NCBI GenBank assembly: GCA_037447605.1
Contig: CM074805.1
Location: 496,001-560,000 of the forward strand
Source: Zygnema circumcarinatum SAG 698-1b
Taxonomy: Eukaryota; Plantae; Zygnematophyceae
Direction of reading: 5' to 3'
Length of the DNA stretch: 64,000 bases
The first letter of the stretch is position 1. Each line of letters opens with the position of its first letter. Below are positions 12,040 to 23,400 of this stretch, in pieces. The position numbers and the translations under genes are program-made. Below the pieces are notes generated by a model, which saw only the letters and a list, made by a program, of their open reading frames with translations, was not told where the DNA came from and ran no database searches.

Positions 12040-13586
12040 TGTCACGGACCGGCATAATCCAGGAGTTGCCGACGGAAAATGCGAGAAGGCGGCGCCAGGT
12101 GTTGGCGGCCCACGGAACATCACACCATCCAGCTAGGCGCACTCGGAAGCGCCGCAAAATGCCGCCGATTGTCATCAGTTGACCTATCCGAAGGCTCCAC
12201 GCAGTCAGTCAGGCCACTCAGTGGGCAGTTGGCCAATCAGAGACTGTCACTGCGAAGGCTCAAGATCTATTGTCAGTGCTAAGTAGATGGGATGTCAGTG
12301 ATGCTTGTTTGTCTTTTAGTGCTGGGCTTAGTATTTGTATTTGCTGTGTGGTTTGTTGTCTTGTTCTTCTTCTCTTCTTCCTCTTCAGTTCCAGCAACAG
12401 ATGCTAAGTGTGTGAGAGAGAGAGAGTTCCATGCCATAGAGAGAGAGAGAGAGAGAGAGAAAGAGTCTTCTTGCTGATAGCATTTAGACGTCCCATTCAG
12501 CCCAGCTAGACAAAGATTTCAGTGAGAAGATACTTTCATTGTAATGACAATGCAGCAACCAACTGGGCTGAATGATCCAATGCAACCCTTTATCTGAATA
12601 AAGAGTACTACTTCCTTTATTGTCATCTCTCCGGCTTGCATCTTGCTCTGTCCTGCCTTGGGATCCCTCCCGAGTGATTCGTAGTGACTTCGAAGCCTCA
12701 CTGCAGACTCAGAGAAAGGGACGGGGAGGGAGACCCCACAGAAGGGGCTATTTGCAACATGAGGTGACGCCCCGGTGGGAACATCTTCAGGATCCCTGCG
12801 TCTTGGGTATCACGATCCTCTGGATCTCCCGGATCCTGGCTCTGTGTCAGCGCGGACGCGGTCGCACAACCCTTCATCATTTTCGGCACGGACGCGCGAT
12901 GGCCGTGGGGGCACCCTGCAACTAGCTCAGCGGTCTCCTCTAACCCCACTTGTCTTGATGTCAGAGTTGAAGGTTTGGGTGGCGTGCTGGATGCGTGAGG
13001 TTACGATCCTGTGACCCGTGTCACAGCCACCGCGTGGATGGAGAGCTGCAAGCAAGAGGGACAGGCGGGTCCTCGTGGGTGTTCACTGGAGACTTGGGAC
13101 CTGGGGGGCGGGCGATGGAGAATGGAGGGCAGACTGAGCTCGGGGGGAGGAGGCGCAAGGAGAGACTGAAGATGGGCATCACCGAAGAACCCGTACCAGT
13201 GTGCTTGCCTTGAGCAGGTCGATGGATTGAAGGTAACAAACTGGTGTGGCAGTGATGGCCACGAAGCTCGCTGGCAATGTGCACAGCGCCAATGATCAAG
13301 CTTGCAGCCTGCCCGGTCGGCTATGTGGCCGCGATGCCGTGAAGAGGCATGCGCGATGTAAAGTGCCCANNNNNNNNNNNNNNNNNNNNNNNNNNNNNNN
13401 NNNNNNNNNNNNNNNNNNNNNNNNNNNNNNNNNNNNNNNNNNNNNNNNNNNNNNNNNNNNNNNNNNNNNTCTCTCCCCACAGCTCCTCTATGGCCGTAAG
13501 CCCCGCATTCCCCTTGACCTCCTCTCTGCTGAGCCCCTCTTCCACGATGACGCGCCTCCCCCGGATCGGGTCGCCCAGCTTCAGCT
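12040..13586 (+). mobile_element. Degenerate Ty3/gypsy LTR retrotransposon remnant (LTR-like 12040-13025, decayed internal fragments, integrase piece 13470-13586)
   Basis: Segment starts TGTCACGG (12040), ends TGTCACA (13025) and contains AATAAA (~12597). After the N gap the + frame reads SPQLLYGRKPRIPLDLL, a gypsy integrase-type motif. Upstream frames carry stops. No PBS or second LTR was seen. Confidence 0.55.
13370..13469. other. Assembly gap (100 N); a second 10-N gap lies at 13587-13596
   Basis: N runs in the sequence. Confidence 1.
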
Positions 13587-13596
13587 NNNNNNNNNN

Positions 13597-14355
13597 ACAC
13601 TAGTTGTCAACGGTTGGCAACCCACCAAAAAACACATACGACCCATTTTTGCAAAAAGGCATAATTTCAGAAATTCAATGGTTGCCAACCATTGGATCAC
13701 TGGTTCCGAACCAGTCGAATGGTTGTTTCAGTCTTGCGCCACTGGTTCGCAACCAGTCGACTGGTTTCCAACCAGTGGCATCCACTGGTTCCAAACCAGT
13801 CGAATGGTTGCCAACCAGTGGCATCCACTGGTTGGCAACCAGTCGAATGGTTGTTTTGGTCCGCAACCACTGGTTGCCAACCAGTCGACTGGTTTGTCTA
13901 ATGGTCCGATCTGTGGAAGGTTCGGTTGGAGGAGGTTTGGGAGGCTGCTGAGTAATGGGAGATGATCAGATGGCCATGGGAGATCAGGACTGCGATGGGG
14001 TCAAGGATGGGATGAGATGGACGGTTGAGATTCAGAAAGGGATTATAGGGTGAGGTGGATCTATTTGTTGCGTGGAGTCCACAACAATGTCAATGGATCT
14101 TCGCTCACTGGTGGACTCCGCGTATTTTGATCCTACTCCTAGTTGATCTGTTTGTCCCTCGTCTCTGTTGATGCCTTCCACAGGTCGGACCATCGGATCG
14201 GCAACCATTGGCCAACCATTGGATGGCAATGGTTGGACTTCTGATGGTTGGCAACGAGTCGAATGGTTGCCAACCATTGGCATCCACTGGTTTCAAACCA
14301 TTAGAATGGTTGTTTCAATCCGACGCCAGTGGTTGGTCTAATGGTCTGACCTGTG
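13597..14355. repeat. Palindromic tandem repeat array (ACTGGTT-N3-AACCAGT, 42-43 bp period) with an inverted second block
   Basis: Six perfect palindromic cores start at 13699, 13741, 13760, 13784, 13827 and 13869. A related degenerate block lies at 14174-14355. Confidence 0.9.
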
Positions 14356-15441
14356 ATGCCTTCAGAGGTGAAGATGCATCATGATGGTCATGATGGTCAT
14401 GTAAGCGTCATGCAGTTCTGACAAGAATCATCTTCGTTAGCACATCGTGAAGTACTCATGTAGAACATCCACAAGGCAAGTACTTGGAGGATCTGAAACT
14501 TGACATACCATACCATACCATACCTTACCTTCGCTCTACATCGAGATACATGAGGTCCGAGTGCTTTTGCCTACAGTACCGTATCAGAAGCTCGCCGGCA
14601 AATCTAATTCTGATCTCACTTCACATCCTGTACCGCACTAGACAGACGGCACGGCAAGGCTTTCCATTCTTCAATGCCGCGTCACGTCACATGGACATGC
14701 ACATGTCGAATTTCCAACGGCGAACGTACGTTTGAGTTTTCCATGGAGTCTCCGTACAGCTACAATGTTCCGCATTCCACAAGCACGAAATTTGTGGTTA
14801 AGGTTTTCCCATAACCGGCCATCTCGTTCACATGTGCGAACTGTCAGTTGCAGTTTCCGGGTCTCCAACGGCGAATGTTGTACCGTACTAGAGTTGCCGT
14901 TGACCTTTGTCCAACCGTTTCACGATTCCCGTTTCCGTTGTAAGACGACAAAATCCCCAAGGCGGTCAGAGGAGGCCGCGAACGATACGCAATGCGACAC
15001 GTGACCGAGAACGCTAGACGGGTATTACAGGTAAGTTCGGTGGTTCCCTTGGGCCCAGGCGGCAGTTAACGACCTGACCGAGCGAGGCGGCGATGTAACT
15101 GTCTGGCCCGACCGCGGGTCTCCGCCGCGCTCCCCTAACGATCCCTTCGGGGTCTCGCTCCTCTCTATCTCTGCCTGCCTCCTCTCTCTTTCTCATCCCC
15201 TCCTCTCTCCCTCTTCGACTACTCTCTCTCTCTCTCTCTCTTCCTCTCCGTCTTTCTATCTTTCATCTCTCTCCTTTCCCGCCCGAATTTCTCCCTCCCT
15301 TCCCTCCTTTGGTTCTCGCGCAAGCCAAAACAGTGGCCTAGTGTGTGAAACAATCCGGCTCCAGAAGAGCCTTTCCATGTGTTGAAGGGGAATAGTTTAT
15401 TTACGCCTAATTTCTGCCAACCCTATCATACTACTTTTCAG

Positions 15442-18400
15442 ATGGGCAGTTTTTCATGGCGCACGTGCGCCGTTCAGCCACTCCTGTACACTTTTTTTGT
15501 CCTCCTGGGAGCTGCTGCAGTGTCTGCTCTTCCCCTCTGTCGTGACCACTGTGAGTACTTTCCTCTGCCCTTATTCCTTATGTTGCCTTGTACATACAAT
15601 TCTCTACTATCAAAGCGGTGAGCATCTCTAATGGCTCATCTCCACAGTCATTGAACATTATCAGTGCCACCCTTTCCGATTTTCCCATTTTCTTACCATT
15701 TCCAAAATTATGGAAGGATGTTGCAAACACTTTCAAATGAAGACCACCCTGGCAAGCCATCGGATCGCCTGCATAGGAGGGTTTTGCTAAGACCTAAGGC
15801 ACCTTACTTAGGATTGTTCTCCTGCATGGGTGGGAACGTGGATGCAGTGATACCGAAAAAGCCATCCTCCGCCCTCAGCTTCTGTAGCGATGAAGCGTAC
15901 AGCACATTGGGATGCTGCAGTATTGAAGATGACAAAAACATTGAAAGTACAGTGAAGGCGCTTAACATCAGCAGTGAGGGCTGTTTGAACATCATGAAGA
16001 AAATCTATTGTTCGGTAAGTTCGGAAACAAGATCAGCTCGGGCATCGTGCATTGGTATCAGTGCCTTGAAAGGAAGGCATGATAAAATTTTCTTCGCTGG
16101 GAGTGTATGGTAGGCATTTATAGAGGTCGACTTTAAAAAATTCATGAAAAGCTGTCTGTTGTTATGTTGAAAGGTCTCCCATAGTTTTTTAAAGAAGCAG
16201 AAATTCCAAGGATCGTTTCATTCTGGTTGGGAATGGTGCACTCTTTGGATGAAGCTTCTGATAGTACTGTATTCACATCCTTTATTGTTCTGCAGCAATG
16301 CGATCCTTTCGCAGCTTATTTGTATGGAGCAGCAAGCAGTCCGGAGTCTGCAGCAGCAACCTTTTCACCTCCTTACCTATGCAGCAGCGTTTCCAATACC
16401 TCTGCCACCTCTTACTGCACTACTGTCTATGAAACCTGCAGCACTGTTCCCATGGTCGGGTCTCCTTACGCTGCAAAAAAAAATTACGCTCCGTATCTCG
16501 CAAACCGTAACCAGTCGACGATTCTTCAGTCTTACTATCCGTCAGAGTTAGAGTTCTGTAGCGGAAACCAGAATCCGGAAACTCCATCTCCAGGAAGGTT
16601 CTGCTACGAGGGCAGCCCCTATGAGCCTCCAGCAGTTTCAAGGGTTATGCCGCCGGGACCGGGTATCTGCATGGAACAGCTTGCAAGAGGAAAATATATT
16701 GACTTCATTCCTCATCCGGATGGCTCTGCTCGCGCATTCTTAGTCAGTCAGAAGGGAGTCATCTACCTTGTGGATCTGCCTGAAGAGGGAAATCAGCAGC
16801 CCATCACTGATTCACCGGTTGCCTTCCTCGACATCAGCAGCTTGTAAGGCCCAAACATCCTTGTCATACTCACAGAGAGTGCACTTGATAATCCAGCTCT
16901 ATGAGACTACAGTTCAATCCCTCTCAGTTCATATCCCAAAACTCTGCCTCTTTTGTTTGTCTTGAATTTGTTTCTTTCTTTTCTGTTAGAAGGCAATGGA
17001 CAGTGGCTGCCTGAGTTTTGCGCTTCGAAATTTCTATTCTTACCTTGCTACCTTTGGTCTGTTTACTTGGATGATTGCAGAGTTGCGTACGACGGAGAAG
17101 AGAGCGGCCTCTTGGGCTTGGCATTCCATCCAAACTTTCTGAGCAACGGACTGTTCTATGTGTCCTACATTTGTGATTCTTCAGTTAATAATGCGACATG
17201 CAGCAACTTCGTCTGCCCTTGCAACATCACCAGCACTGGATGCACTCAAGAAAAGCTTGAGAAGTACGCTGCTGATGGAGGCTGGGGAACCGGCTACTGC
17301 CGGAACGCAACTGTTGTTGCTGAATACTCCGTTGTTGGAAACCGCTCAACCGTGAGTCCCTGCAAACCCTCCCGATCACATATCCCACTCCAAACCCTAA
17401 CCTGATGACCGCTGCTTTGAACGACTACAGTTTCAACCATTTCCACTTCCCTGAATCTTCAATTCCTTCCTTCTGTTTGCAGGCCCTGCTCGCGCAGACA
17501 TCCGAAACCCGCCGCATCCTGACCTACGGCCAGCCCTTCCGCAACCACAAGGCCGGCCAGCTGCACTTCGGCCCCATCGACGGCTACCTCTACCTCCAAA
17601 TGGGCGATGGAGGCGCCGACCGCGACCCCTTTAACTTTGCCGCGAACCTCGACGTCCTCCTCGGCAAGGTCATCCGCGTTAATGTCAACCAGGAGCTAAT
17701 CGGTAAAGTCAATCTGCATCAGTTGAAATATGTTCTGAATGCATGATGTCGACGTACAAATGATGAAATGCGTAGCTGACATAACTGTACGGCATTCATG
17801 TACGAACAGGGTCAAATGTCCCGTACGGACGGTACGACCTGCCCCCGGAAAATCCGTACTACGAGGCAGCGAAAACGACCTCGACGCGGGCGGAAATTTT
17901 TGCGGCGGGGCTGAGCGACCCCGCGAGGTGCAGCTTCGACCGGGCGGCGCCGGCGTACTTCTACTGCGGGGATCAGGGCCAGGTCGGAAAATACTTTCGA
18001 GAAATTTCAGCATTGCAGCCCGGGTTTCGATACCATGAAATCTTTTTTTTTTTGGAACAGCCCCATGTCTGCCCCAGAAGGGCAACAATATCTCGATATG
18101 TGTATATATCGAGATTATGTTTGTGATATTGATACTGTGGGATCGTATCGTGTACCGGTACGATACGATATGCTGACCGGCGCTTCCAAGGGCATGCATG
18201 CAGGACGCGATTGAGGAAATCGACCTGGTGGTGAAGAGCGGGGACTACAAATCGCAGGCGGGGCCGGTGCTCACCTACGAGCGCAGCAACAGCAGCAGCA
18301 AGATCATTGGAGGATTTGTTTCAAGGTCGGAGAAGGACGCCTGCTTGAACGGCCGGTGAGTGCCTCCTCTGCTAATGTGAAATCCGCAGGAAGGCGAGAT

Positions 18401-19259
18401 GCTTTTCCTAAGCAACATACGCTAATGAGGGAGATTTCTTTGCTAGTTCATTTTCATTATTATAACTTGTATATTGACAAGATTATCCACCTTAGCAAAG
18501 GCTTGGAACCCAATGGCTTGTATCTAACGTCTTGCGCGCTTTGTGGCTCTCAGATATCTGTTCGCCGTGTCGAATGGCAAATTCTTTGCCGGTGTGGAAA
18601 ACCCACCATGGAGCGGTAAATTCACGAAGTCTGCCCTCAAGCCGAAATGCGCTTCGACCTCCCCGATAAGCTGCACTGGAAACCTGTGGAACAGCGCCAG
18701 CACTCAGATCGCGGCCTGGGGCCAAGACAATAACGCAACACTCTACGTGCTGTCCAATAACGGAATTTTTAGGGTTACCAGTCCGAGCCGTTGTGGCCTC
18801 ACCTGTACCCAGAGCCTCCCACCCATGGGCCCTCCCCCGCCTCCAACCGTCTATTCCCCTCCCCCTCCTATTGCTCCCGCTCCCGCTCCCTCTCCTGCTC
18901 TCTCTCCAGCCCTAGGTCCTGCTCTCGCTCCCTCTTCCCTCACCGACAACAACGGAACAAGCTTAACTGACGCACCAGGAGCCTCTTTGAGAAAAGAAAG
19001 CGACTCTGACTCACTTGAAGCTTGGCTCCTCTTTGGAGCCGTTGCCTTCGTATGGACGTTTGCAATTTGCGGCTGCTGTATTCTCGGCTACTGCCGCTAC
19101 AACAGGCCTCGTAAGGACCACGCTCACGCTCTGCCTCTGATACAGCCGGATGTTGTAGCGGGGCCCTCAAGGCTGCCGGCTGACTACTATGGGCAGGATG
19201 AGGAGGGCTATGTCGGCCAACAGCGTGCCTACACGCGGGCGCAATCTCAAGATATGTAG
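15442..19259 (+). CDS. HIPL1: HIPL1-like (hedgehog-interacting-protein-like, glucose/sorbosone dehydrogenase beta-propeller) protein with Pro-rich stalk, transmembrane helix and cytoplasmic tail
   Basis: Exons 15442-15550, 15848-16014, 16296-16843, 17081-17351, 17483-17702, 17810-17982, 18204-18355, 18554-19259. Features include a signal peptide, Cys-rich N-terminus (LSFC...GCCS...CDPF), GLLGLAFHPNF, NHKAGQLHFGPIDGYLYLQMGDGG, RCSFD and SPSRCGLTC. Confidence 0.88.
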
Positions 19260-20482
19260 AGGGGAGGGGTAGGAGAGGGATGTCTTGTATGGGACTGTAA
19301 ATAGCCCACAAAGGCTCCAAATAGAGGAGCTTTAAGGTCTCGCGCTTCAAGGGGGTACGTATTAAGCGGTTAGTTTTGACGGTTTTGAGCTGCTGGCCCC
19401 CAATGTGCCCGAGTCCTCCTAAACAATATTATATTTTCTTTTCTGGAATACGGTTCGGACCTCAGAGGGAGGCAAAAAGGAATCAGTAAGGCGAAGGCGG
19501 GTTGTTGTCCTGATTGGTCATTTCTGGTCCGTGTACAAGTTTACGAAGCGGATATCCGCTTGGATATTTTTTTATTTTTTCACCTTTGAAGTGTAAAGGA
19601 CATATCCTCTTAAGTTTTCTTCAGTGGATAAGCAAAAAAAAAAAAAAAACAAATTTTGAATAGCATGGTTTCCAATGCGTGGAATGTTTAACATTGGTTG
19701 GTGCCTCTGTAAGTTGTTTAGGAAAACTTGTGCCTTGTTTGTTTGTGTTGTACAGCACACAAATCACCGACAGAGTCACTTGCCTGCCACATCATACCTG
19801 TCGCACTAACACCTTGTAACATCATATTTTTGCACAACCTGCAACATCGCAGATGATCATTCGATCTACTCATTGGAATTATTTAACGGTTTTTTATTTT
19901 TTGCATTTCAACAATTTGCATTTGGAAATATCAAGTTTCACCTGCAGAGTCCTCTCATTCTCCAACCCATCTCTCACTCGTGAAGGAGGAGTTCCTCTCA
20001 GCCATCAAACTATCCCGCATTCGACTCCGCAGGGAAGTAACCGTTGAACCGAAATTCAACCTTGGACACGAATGTAGTTAACCCTAAATCCGGAGCCAGA
20101 AGTTCCACACCTGACTCCCAACATTTGCCCTATTCACAATGGCCCCCACCTGCAATAACTGCAGCCAAGGAGCAATCAAAAACTCATCTCTCAATAAAAA
20201 GCGACTGCTTCCTGCTGGCTGTGCGTACTCTCTCTAACCACCCGCACTCTTCAACTGCACAACAGACAAAACAGAATAAAATCCCTCCTCCCGAACTGAT
20301 CCGCTTTCAGTCTCCAAACTCCATTTTCAAGCATTTTCATCTTCTGCTGTGCCACCAGGTCAGATCCCCCACACTCGTCCACTTCTTCAAATAAGCCATA
20401 TCCTCGAGTCCCTCCTCACACAGCGTTCCCTTATTTGCTTTTATTCTATTTTGTTTTCCTTTCGACAAGCCTCATCCACATA

Positions 20483-23400
20483 TCAGTGACTGCGATTTCT
20501 GACAGCCACTACTGCTCCCACCGCAAGGATCGCCGCCACTCCCACCACCGACATTGTGGCAAGTCCTGAATGGCCCGTCTTCATGCTCCCCAACAGGCCA
20601 TCCCACCAGCTGCGCTCTGATTGGCTGCGGTGGGAATGGAGAGAGGCGGGGTTCGAGAAATCTCGGATTAAACCTCCCAACATGTCGAGCTGCAGGGGCG
20701 GGCAGATGAAAGAAAGAATTAGGGTTTTGCATACTAAAGAGTCACGTTTAGGGTGAAGTCTGGGAGAAAGCTCATTGAGGGTGCAAATAACCGAAATACT
20801 TTCACAACAGTTAGGATTCGTTCACAAACTCCCACCTGTGCCGCCATATGCCGTTGGCCTCTAACCAACAGCCGTACTTCGTCTGCAAGCGCTGCTGTGT
20901 CTACTACTGCCCCTCCATGTCCATGTGATCCGCCATTACTGATTCCGTTCTGTAGAGCCACCATCCCAGTAAAGCTCTGCATGCTTCCTGCTGACCCGCC
21001 TCTCCAGGAGCCGCCACCTGGCACCACTGCGGAGCTGCCACCTGGCACCACTGCGGAGCTGCCACCTGTCCCCGCCGCTGTCTCACAGCCGCCTCCGCTC
21101 TGTACCTTTTCCGGGAGGCGAGTTTCCACCGACCGTAGTCGTGACATCAGTTCGTCGAGCCGTTCCGTGATGCTCTGCAACTGTTCAGTTACACGGGTCC
21201 CCAAGTCCTGAAGTAAAATAAAAAAAGGGGGAAGGGGGGGGGGGAGAAATTATGCATTTTTTGAAGTGATTTCGAGGTGCTTTACGGGTTCTGAAAGAAA
21301 AACGGAGAAGTGATTTATTTCCGGAAAGTAGACATCGGGAATTCGGGGTGAAGGTAGCGCTTTTCAGTTGTGTGGAGCAACATTGTAACCGTACCATGTA
21401 AGAGCACGAATTGAGATGGAGAAGTTGTGCCTTTGATTCTGGATAGTATCGGTGCAATATATATCTAAGCAAGATCGATATCGCCCTCCACTTCTTTTTT
21501 TTTAATAATAAAAGAAACACAAAACTCACCGAATCGACAAAAGATGTTGGGGAGTTTGGTTGATCTGAGAGACTTCTGTTCCTTTTCTGTCTCTCCTCCG
21601 GCCCTCCCTCCTCTCTCCCCTGATTCTCTGACTGAGAGCTGCTTCGACTGTTTCGACTGCAGCCATAATAGCAATTCCGATGGGAGACTAAGAGTTTTTT
21701 TCAAAGTAACACTGAAGAAGAAGCTAGGAGAAGGAGAAGTTTCCACCGAACCAAAGACTTAGAAAATGTAAAATTTCCAACTTCGGCTATGAGAAAAAAT
21801 GAGCACAAGCAGTAAATTTTTTTTAGGTTTCGAAAAATTCACCTGGTCTGCTTTCTGATGCCATCCTGCTGATGCCAACTCTGACTCCGCAGAAATCTGC
21901 CCTTAGATTCCATATTCCAACAAACCACTAATAAACTACGGCTCCTTCCAACCGCATACTTTCAGCTTCCTCCTCACACGTGGCAGCCTACGAAGAACTT
22001 CACAAAGAGCATTTTTGTTGTTTCTATATATTCTCCTACTGCTGCATCGATCGCCGAATTCATATCACGAAAATAGCAAAAAAAGGGAAACAAAGAACGA
22101 GGGAGAGAGGGAGGGAGAGAGGGAGGGAGGAGGGAAGCAAAAGAACGTTACGTTTTGCTTGCATTTAGGCTGAAGTTGCCGAGAAAAGTCGGATCTCCCC
22201 AAGAGGAGGCGAGTTGAGGTGACGTGACAAGATCTTCACTCACTCCCAACCTCTCCTTCAGCTCTTCTGGAACAGTCTGAAAACCCCAAAAAGATAACAA
22301 ACAATGCCAAATCCGAGAAATTAGACTTTCCCTATTCGTTTTAAGTTCCCGATGAAGACAGTTTCACGGGTTCTATGAAAAACGGAACCGCCGTTATAAT
22401 GAAGATAGCAGTGTTCCACAGAGCTTCAGTTCGGAAAGATAGAATGCACAAAATGGCAGCAGAAACTTGACATTCTTTGGGCTCTTATTTTGCACACACC
22501 TGCACCTCTTTCGTCAGTCGTTCCAACTGAATCTGTTCAATGTATGAGCGTGGAACATACTTGGCATCCATCCCAAGCTTTTCCGCAAGTTCTTGTATAA
22601 GCAACCTATCCTTTCCCTGCACCTGCAGCATAAAAAATAAAAAAAAGAAAAAAAGGAAAAAACCCCATCAGTCAAAGATGACACCCGTAACAACTCTCGA
22701 GCTCCCTTTACCCAAAACCCACCAAATTCATTCTTTTCAATGCGGACGAGATTGCACTGTGAAAAATACAAATAAGAAATAAGGCGAGAAAGAAAACTGA
22801 TTAGTTTACCTGCACATAGGTCCGCTGAAGCTGCTCCAATTTATCGATTTTTACGGTGCAGTGCCGCTCTATGTCTGTGAACACATGGCTCACTCTTTTC
22901 AATATGGAGGCAATCTCATATCCGAGAGCCATGAGACCCCCTAAAAGTCGCACACTCACTTCAAATGTGATGCGAGGGCTGATGATGAACGGACCGTCCG
23001 TCACCCATTCCTGCCGTTGAGGAACATTCAGTTTAAATAGAAGAGTTCTTTACGGCTTGAAGGAGGGTTTCGCAGGTGTTAACTTAATGAATGGGAAAGA
23101 AAGGAGATAAGGTAGAGGACATGAAAGTCCACGAAAAAATAGACTTCAAGAACCGGAGAAGCTGCGCACTGACAGACACCCTATCCACTCCATCTTCAGC
23201 CCGAATATTCATCCTTCTTCACATTTTCCTTCTCTTTCCCTCCTCTCTTCCCCCCCCCCAACTTCCTTATACAACCCCCACTCAACCCCCCTCATTCGCA
23301 CGTCCATAACCGTACGTTCATCTCTCAGCGTCACTCCCCTCACTCCCCCTTCGTCTCTCCTGTCCTCTTCCATTCCTATCCACTTCTTATATCTCCTGCC

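Noticed and set aside
13690-13890. CRISPR-like appearance (palindromic repeats at ~43 bp period)
   Set aside because: The intervening segments are themselves repeats rather than unique spacers, there are no cas genes, and the context is eukaryotic.
13246-14296. Long overlapping ORFs across the palindrome array
   Set aside because: They are stop-poor by-products of the repeat or span N gaps, and show no protein motif apart from the short integrase piece.
19546-19561. Perfect 16-bp palindrome aagcggatatccgctt
   Set aside because: It is an isolated occurrence with no surrounding element structure.
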